A stretch of 64,000 bases of DNA from contig JAHCBA010000009.1 in assembly GCA_019634625.1 (NCBI GenBank), positions 37,561-101,560 on the forward strand, in the 5' to 3' direction. The notes under the pieces were generated by a model. The model did not search any database. It saw only the letters and a list, made by a program, of their open reading frames with translations, and had not been told where the DNA came from. Source of the stretch: Verrucomicrobiia bacterium (GTDB lineage Bacteria; Verrucomicrobiota; Verrucomicrobiia; Limisphaerales; CAIMTB01). Position 1 is the first letter of the stretch, and the number at the start of each line of letters is the position of its first letter. The position numbers were made by a program, and so were the translations under genes. This document shows, one piece after another, positions 38,101-47,100 of this stretch.

Positions 38101-41100
38101 GAAAGAGGGGGGAGTCGATGCGGCAGGGGAGCAGGGCGAGACGGCCTTCGGGAAGGGCGGCGGTGGTGGTTTCAAAGGAGGCGATGGCCCCGATGGCGGA
38201 CCCGGAAATGGGGCGAAGGGTGACCAGGCGGCCGAGGGGCAGGCTGGGAAGGGAACCGTCCACGCGCAGGCGGACGACGGAATCGTCGGCGCGGAAATCG
38301 ACGCTGGGTCCGGCGGGAGGACGGGCCGCGGCGAGGGAGAGCGGGGCGGCGGAGGCGCGGGAGAACAGATTGGTGATGGGCGAGCCGAAGGGCAGGCCGA
38401 AGAGATTGATGGCGCCGCCTTCGAGGGTGCCGACGACCGTGGGGAGGCCGAGGGCGTTGGGGGTGGGAAGGACGGCGAGTTCGGCGTCGGTGACGGCGAC
38501 GACGCCGTTGAGGAAGTTGAAGTCGCCCTTCACGGCGAAGCCGCCCTCGCGGCGGGCACGCTGGATGGGGGTGTTGCCGGGCGAGCGCGGATTGAAGTAG
38601 GGGGAATAGGCTTCGAGGACGGCGTTGCTGATGCGGGCGACGACCTGGAATTCGGGGAGGGGTTGGGCGGGGTTGTAGGTGGGGACGGGGATGCGGACCT
38701 GGGAGGCGCTGAGGAGCATCGAGACCTTGGGCAGGGACTGGGCGAGTTCCTGCGGAAGGGTGGCGGCGATGGCGGCGAGGTCGTCGGCCAGCCGGGGGGA
38801 CGACGGGTCGAGCAGGCTGACCCGGTTGGAGAGGGAGAGGAAGCTGGTGGCGAGGGTGCTTTCGAGTTCGGTGTTGGCCTGGAGGTCGAACCGGAAACGG
38901 GCGGTCCCGACCAGACGGTTGAACCAGGAGGCCGCCGGCACTTCGGCGTCCATCCGGAGCAGTCCCTCGGCGGGCACCCAACTGACCTGGGAGCGGATGG
39001 TGGGAATCCCGAGCACGGGGGTGTCGAGCCAGCCGCTGAGGAAACCGCGATCGGCCGGGTAGTAGGTGGCCATGTTGAACGGATCGTCGGGGACGAAGTT
39101 CCGCAGGCTCTCCATCAGGTCCTGGGCGGTGGTGGGGAAACGGTCGAGCGGCGGATTGGGGGCCGGGAGGTAGAAGGCCAGTTCCCCGACGCGGTCGGTG
39201 AGGAGGAGGTGGTTGAAGACGAAATCGGTGGCGGCGGCGAAGCGATCCAGCGGGGTGTTCGAGGCGTCGAGCAGCGTGAACAGGCTGGGCGGCAGGGGAC
39301 GGGTGATGACCGCGGGGAGGTCGAGGGTGCCGGCTCCGAGGAATCCGCCGTGCGGGAAGTAGTCGTCGCGGAGCGAGAGGTTGCGTCGGGCCACGGCGGT
39401 TGCGAAGCCGGACCCGGCGAAGATCTCGGCGAAGTCGGCATCGCCATGGCCGCGCCAGGTGGCATCGGAGAGCCGGTTCATGGCGTTTTCCTGGTCCTTG
39501 TCGCCGAGGGCGGCGAGGAGGACATCGAGCCGGGTGGGGAGACCCTGGCGACGATCCTCGGGCGGGATGAGGGGGTTCGGGCCGCGGGGATGATGATCGA
39601 GGCTGGGGAGAAGGATGCGTCCGCCGGCGCGGCCCAATTCCATGCCGAAGGGGGCGAGGCGGTAATCGAAGGTGATCAGGGCGCTGCGGAGGAAGTCCTC
39701 GGTCCGTTCCGCCAGGAACTGAGGGGCGGGTTTGGTGAAGCCGTCGCGGATGATCTGCCCGAAGGTCGGCAGTTCGAAGGCCATGGCGGCGGTGGCCTCG
39801 TCGATGGCGGGGGCGAACAAGGCGAGGGAGGTCCCGACACCGGTGGCTGCGAGGGCGTAGTATCCGAAGAGCTGCGAGGGTGAGAAGCCGTACTCCTCGC
39901 GATAGATCACGCCGTCGCCGAGACCGATGGCGTCCTTGGGTCCGGCATACATGCGGTAGCTGGAGAGGGTGCCGCCGCCGGAGAGCGGGAAGCCGAACAG
40001 TTTGGGACTGACCTCGCCGCAGGCGGCGATGCGGGGGATGACGGCATCGACGAGGGCGACGACGAAGTCGAGGAAGGCCGAGCCGATCTGGCCGCCGGCA
40101 TCGCGGGGCGGGGCGCCGAACATGGCGGCGATGAAGGCCATCTGCTTCTCCGGGGTATCGAGGAGGGCAAGGTTCTGGGCCGGGTTGAGCGCGGGATCGG
40201 CGATGTCGGGGAAGGCGATGGCCATGACCCCGTCGATGTAGGTGTCGCCGAGGGACGCGAAGAGGGTGGTGAAGGCGTTGAAGAGTTTGGTGGCGCACTC
40301 CGGGCAATCCTCGATGAAGGCGTAGGAACCGATTTCGAGGGGGCCGACGGCGCCGGTCAGTTCGCCGCAGAGGGAGGGGACGCTGGGGTTGCCGTAGGCG
40401 TCGGTGACATTGAGGAAGAGCCGGGCCTTGCCGACGGGGATGCCAAAGACATTGACGGCGCCGACGACGCCGGCGGAGCCGGTGGAGGAGAGGACAACGC
40501 CGCCGGAGATGTTGGCGAAGGAGGCGACGCCCGTGTAGGAGACGGAGCCTTCGAGTTTGAGGGTGAGATCGGGACAGGGGATGCCGGCATAGACCGTGTC
40601 GCGGATGGCGGCGTAGAGGTCGGCGGCGAGCTGGGTGCCGCTGGTGGGGATGCCTTGCAGGACGCAGAGGAGGGCGTTGGCGATGGCGAGTTCCGCGTCG
40701 TCGAGGCGCTGCTCGATGAAGGCATCGGCGGCGCGGACCCAGTCCGGGGCGTCCGACGGGGCGCGCTGGGTGCTGGCGTCGATGTAGCCGCGCAGGGTGC
40801 CGGCGAGGTCGATGGCCATTTGGCGCGGGTTGGCGGTGAACTGGGGCACCAGGCTGGCGATGAAGTCGGGGGTGATCCCAATGAAGTTCAGGACGGACTC
40901 GGGGATGGCGGTGAACTTGGTGATGATGCGGTTGGCGTTGGGACTGTCGGGCTGGTCGAAGTCCGGGTGCGGCATGCAATAGATGTTCACCGAAGCCGGC
41001 GGACACGAGCCGAGAGTGGGGCAGGGAAACTCGTCGGGGTCGTCCGCGGGGATGCTCATCGGGCCGAGATCGGCGAGGATGGCGGTGCGGGAGAGGTCGA

Positions 41101-44100
41101 GTCCGTGCAGGCGGAGTCCGTCGTCCGGTCCGGGAGTCCGGGGAGCCCGTGGGGGCGCGGCGAGTTCGAGGGGGCGTGGGGCGGCGTTGGGGCGGGGGAA
41201 GGAGAGTTCGTCGGCGGTGATGGCGGGCGGGCAGTTGGTGGGGATCTCGATGTTGCAGGAAGAGCCGCCGAGGGGTCGGCCGGTGACCGGGTCGATGGGC
41301 AGTTGGCTGACGAAGTCGCAGGGATCGGCGTTGGAATTGGCGAAGGAGAGACCGCCCTTGGCGCCGGTGAGGACGAAGCCGTAACCGATCTGGATGTTGA
41401 TTTCGGAACCGGCGAGGCCGAAGCAGACGCCGCGGATGCCGCAGGGATCGAAGGCGACGAGGCCCTCGACGGCGTTGCCCTTGAAGTTGCCCTTGAGCTT
41501 GCCGGAGAAGAGGAAGTTGGGCGGGTCGGTGAGGCCGCCGACGAAGACCTCGCCGCCGAGGGTGAGGGGGAGGGCATCGCCGATGAGCTGGGTGAGATCG
41601 ACGCGGAATCCGACGGCATCGACGCTGAAGACGGGCTGGCCGGTTTCGAGGAAGGTGATGCCGAAGTCGTTCACCAGGCCGCCGACGACGGCATTGGGGC
41701 CGGGCGGGAGGGCGACACTGCCGCTGAGGAGGAGGGAGAGGTTGGTGTAGGCGAAGACCTGGGGGATCGGGAGGGATTCCTGAAGGAACCGGAGGCGGGC
41801 CTGGGAGACATTGAGGGGCAGATTCTGGGCCATCTCGAGGAAGGAACCCGACTGGACGAGGGCGAGTTCCGAGACCGTGAAGCGCGGCAGGGGGCCGCCC
41901 TCGAAGTGGAACACCGCGTTGCTGAGGCCCATGCCGATGCCCGGGGGGAAGTGGGCCATGCCGCCGAGGGTGAGGCGGAGGGGCGTTTCGGGGGATTGCT
42001 GGAAGAGGTTGGTCAGGCCGGTCACCTGGAGCACGGCATTCGAGACCACGAGTCCGTTGGTGCCGCCGAGGCGGATGGCGGAGTTGGAGACGGCGAGGGC
42101 GTTGACGGTGAGTTCGGGGAACTGCTGGAAGGGGACGCGGAGCGAGCCGCAGGCGGAGGCGGTGAGGGACGAGCCGAGCGAATCGGAGATCACCTTACCC
42201 GGCATGGCGAACTCGACCCCGGCATCGACGCGCAGGAACGGGATGCTGTTGGTGTCGCGGCCGAGGGTGAGTCCGGTGCCGGCGGGGCAGAGGGGGCTTT
42301 CGGTGCCGAGCAGGGTGAAGCGCCAGCCTTCGAGATCGAACAGGTCGAGGTTGGTGCGGAGGCGGATCGTGCCGGTGGGAAAGCCGTCGAGGGCCCAGGC
42401 GCCGTTCACCACCTCGATCACGTTGGTCTGGTTGGGCAGGGGGAACTGGAGGGCGGCGTGGAAGTTGGTGAGAACGGGGAGCTGGTTGGTGGGGAAGATC
42501 AGGCGGGCATGGCAGACCGCGAGTTCGACCGCCTCGAAGTCGGGGACCTCGAAGCCGACATCGCGGATCACGACTTCGCCGCTGAACTCCACGCGGGGCG
42601 GATCGAAGGTGACGGCCAGGACGATGGGATTGGTGGGATTCAGGGAAATGGCGGCGCCGACGGAGCCCGGGGGCGGGTTGGTGTGGGCAAGGTTGACGAA
42701 GTTGGTCAGGACGCTGTGGGTGCCCTGGGGGGAGGCCAGGAAGTTGGTGAGCATCCGGTTGGTGGCGCAGAGGCTGGTGCGGAAGAACTCGGGGAGCAGC
42801 AGGGTGCCATTGGTGAGGCTGGCCGAGAACCCGGTCTCGCTCAGAGCGAGGCGCAGGGCCGTGTTGGTGGCGACGAGGTGGAAGTTCGTGCGGACGACCT
42901 GGTCGGGGAGCGGCTTGTTCACCGCGAACATCCCGGCGGACCCGGAGAAACGCAGGGCCCCGGCGGGTTCGGTGGTGGACAGGTCGAAGCCGAGGCCGCC
43001 GTTGAAGAGGACGAAGTCGTCGGTGGCGCGCCAGTCGAGGGCGGCGCCGGTGGTGTCGAAGCTGAGCCGGCCGGCGGCGGCGCTGTAGCTGGCGGTGACG
43101 TTGAACAACTGGGTGGTGGTGTTCTGCGGGACGAGCAGCGTGCCGGCGCCGGCGACGGACTGGAGCCCGGCGAGGCTGCCCACCACCTGGAGGGAGGAAT
43201 TGAGGCGAAGACGTCCGAAGGGAAGGGGTCCGCCGGTGGCGGCGGCGATGCTGAAGGAACCGTCGGTGGCGAGGGTGGCCGAACCGATCTCGAAGAAGGC
43301 GTTCTGGACGTCGGGGAACTCGAGGCGCCCTCCGAAGGTGCCGGTCCAGACGCCATTGAGCCGGTTGAAGGCGATGCCGCCGAAGGCGCGGCGGACGTGC
43401 AGGTCGCCGGGGAGCTGGAACCGGACGGTTTCCGTTCCCACGCTGGCGGCGGCGGCGGCGAGGGCATCGGTGATCCGCGAGGAGGCGAGGACGGTGGCGG
43501 CGAAGGCCTGGCGGTAGCTGTCGAGGAGGGCGGCGTTCATGCCGGCGCCGTGGCGGCGGAGGGTGTCGGAGAGGATCCCGCCGTACTGGCTGAGGAACCA
43601 CCAGGCGCGTTGCGCCTCGGCGACGGGCGTGAGGTGAAGGGTCAGGTCATCGAGGGCGAGCCGGATTTCGCCGAGGAGCGGTTCATCGCCGGGGGCGCGT
43701 TCGAGGACCCAGGCGGTGAAGTCGGCGAGGGTGGTGGCGAAGGACTGGCCCTGGCGGAGGCGGTCGGCGATGAACTGCGGGTCCACCATTTCGTCGCGGA
43801 GGCGCTGGGTCTTGTAGCGGATGTAGGAGTCGATGCGCTCGTGGTACGCCTGCGATTCGGGGCCGGGGCTGGAGAAGAGGACGCGGATCAGGACCAGGGT
43901 GTCGCCGACGACGCCGCGGCGACGAAGGCGATCTTCGAGGGGGGCGCTGGTGGCGACGCCGAGGTCCCGTTCGAGCAGGAACCCGAGGCGTTCGGACCGG
44001 GCCTTGCGGCGTTCCTCGATCGACTGGTTGAGGCTCTCGAGGTCGTCGTTGGACATTTCCAGGACAGCGGGGGCGGCGTCGGCGATGAGGTCGAGGGTTT

Positions 44101-47100
44101 CCCCGGCATCGGCGGCGCCTCCCAGACTCACGTGGAGGTCGGCGAGCTGGAGGGCGAGGTCATACCGGCGGAGGGTGTCGGACGCCGGGGTGGCGTCGAG
44201 TTCCGCGGCGCGCAGGGCGATGAGGCGCCGGGTGAGACGGCTGGAGACCGCCTGGAACGGGCCGCCATCGACGTCGAGGGCCTGGGCCTGGGCGGCGACG
44301 GCGAAGGTCAGATTGCGCTGATGTTCGAGGGAGTCGGCGGAGAAGCTCTCGAACAGGGGCGGATCGACCACGTTGCCGGTGACGGGATCGAGGCCGAGGG
44401 CGGCGTATTGGGGGGGGACATTGCAGGCGATCAGGGCGCGGGCCTGGGCCTGCGGTTGGCCGGCGAGGCGGATGACGTCGATGCAGGCGCCGGCGGAGGG
44501 AATCGACGGATCGTCGGGCGCCGGGTCGCAGTCGTCGCCCAAGCCGTCGCCGTCGCGGTCGGACTGGGGTTGGCCGGGGGGATTGGGATGGCCGGGGCAG
44601 AGGTCGAGGTGATTGGGGATGCCGTCGCCATCGAGGTCTTCGAGGTCGAATTCGAGTTCCTGCGTGGCGGCCGCGAGATCCATGAGGCCGACGAGGATCT
44701 TGGTGGTTTCGGCGAGGTCGCGGGGCGGGCGCCGGGCGAAGAAGGCGAGCTGGCGCCGGGCATCGGTGCGGGCGACCTGTTCGAGTTCCTGGCGGAAGGA
44801 TTCGTCCTGGGAGAAGTCACCGAGCGCCTGGGCCTCGGCGGCGCGTTTGGCCGCTTCGGCGGTCCGGCGGAGATCGGCGAGGCGGGCGAGCTGGTCGTCG
44901 AGATAACTGGCTTCGAACTCGAAGGTGCCGGCGGCGAGTCCGGCGTCCTCGTGCCAGGCCTGGACGGATGCGCGCAGGTCGGAGGCAAGGGCGGCGTAGC
45001 TGGTGTTGATCCCGCGGCGGGCGTCGAGCAGGACGGCGTCGGTCCAGGCGGCGATCTGGGAGAAGGGGATGGTGAACTGGGGCGCTTCGAATTCGGGTGG
45101 GGCGCCGAGGCGTTCGGGGTGGAGATCGGGGAGGGTTCCGGTCTGGGCGGCGACGGTTTCGAGGGCGGCGTTGAGGGAGCGGTAATAATCGAGAAGGGCG
45201 GTCCGGAGGTCGTCGCCGGCGGCGGAGAGGCCGGTGGCGCTGAAGGTGGGGCGGAGGAGGGCGAGCTGCTTCGCCAGTTCGAGTCGAAGGTCGCGGGCCT
45301 CGATGCGGAAGCCGTAGAGGGGATCGTCGAGGGTGAGGCGGGAGGCGAACTGGATGCCGTTCGGGAGGGTGAGGGTGGCCTCGCCGCTGAGCCGGAACTC
45401 CTGCGGTGCGCGGAGCCGGAGGTGGAAGGGCTGACGACGGGTGACAGCGACGGTGACGCCCTCGAAGGTGATCGAGCCGAAGGCGGCGAGGTCGAGGTGG
45501 CCGTGGGTGCTGATCGAGGCGTTGAGGATCTCGAGTTCGCCCTGGAAGGCGGGGAGGCTGAGCTTGCCCTGGAAGGAGCCGATGAACTCCTGGGTGGACA
45601 GGTCGAACTGGGCCGCGCCGGCGATCTTGTCCACTCGGAAGTCCCCGGGGAGGGAAAGATCCGGAAGGGCGATCTCCGGGTTGGCGGCGCGCCGGGCGTT
45701 TTCGTTCTGCCAGAGGGTCACCGAGACGGCGCGCGAGGCGGCGAGCAGGGTGGGGACCCGGGTGAGGTAGGTGCGGCGGCGGGTCTGGTCGTTGACGGTG
45801 CCGAGTCGGGCGGCTTCCTGGAGGAGAAGGTCCGCGCCGCGCTGGAGTTCCGGCCAGGCCAGTTTCGACTGAGCCACCACTGCGAGGCGGGTCACCACCT
45901 GACCGAGCCGGGTGTCATCCCAATTGGCGGTCGCGGTGAAGCCGAACCGGCGGCGGAGTTCCTCGTGGAGGATGCCGGCATCGAGCAGGTCGAGAAGTTC
46001 GGTCGGGTGGACGATTCCGTGGAGACGGGTCATCTCGACGGCGAGGAGTTCGTTCAGGCGATCGAAGACGCGCTGGAAGGGTTCGGGCGGGAGGGTGATG
46101 CCGGGCGGGGTTTCGCGGACGATCCGGAGGAGGCGGCGGAGTTGCTGGGATTCGGCGACGTAGGTGCGTACGGGTTGGGGCCGGGCGAGATCGGCGACCA
46201 GGAGCGCGTTGAGGCGGGTGTGCAAGGCGGGGCGGCTGGTGGCGTCGGGGAGTCCGGCGAGGGCGGGGACATTGGGGAACCCCGGCGACTGGCGAAGGGC
46301 GATGAGATCGAGGATCTCGCCAAGGACGGTGGTGAAGCCCGGCACATCGAGGTCTGCCTCGGCGGCGTCAAGGGCGGCCTCGGCGAGCGTGAAGTGACGC
46401 AGGGCGAGCTGGGATTGAGCTTCCTGGACGGGGCCGACGATATTGCCGGCGAGACCGAGCTGGGTGGCGCGGGTGAGGTGATCCCGCAGGTCGCGCAGGG
46501 TCCGGAGGGCGGTGGGGCGGTTCAGGGCCGAGATGCGGGGATTGGTGGCCGGGGTGAACTGGGTGGGGGCAACCGCCAGATCCTCGAGGTGACGGTTGAC
46601 GAAGTCTCCGACCAGGACCCGCAGGGCCTGGGTCAGCTCGGCGGTGGGTGGGCGGTTGAGTTCCTGAAGGACGGGCTGGGTTTCGACCAGGAGTTCGAGC
46701 GCCTCGCGCAGGGTGGAGAGACTGCGGAGGGAGCCGGGGTTGCCGGCGCGGCGCAGGGCGGCCAGATCGACCTCGGCGAGGGCGGCGTTGAGTTCCGTCT
46801 GGGCGGCGGACGAGCCCAGGACGGCGCCGCGGCGGACGGCGAGTTCGACCCGGTTGAGGGTGAGGCGGTAGCGGAGGACGGCTTCGAGACCGGAGGCGGC
46901 GGCGGCGGATTTGCGGGTCTGGGTCAGGAGTTCGGTCAGAGGTTCCAGGGGCAGCGGGGCGGTCACGGGCGAGAGGGCGGATTGGGCCCAGGCTTCGAGG
47001 ACACTGACGCTGGTGGCCACATCGGTGGGGGGCAGGCCGGGGAAGGCGTTGGTGGGGTTGTCCGGGATGGGCGAGATCGAGGCGGCGCTGGCGCTGAAGA

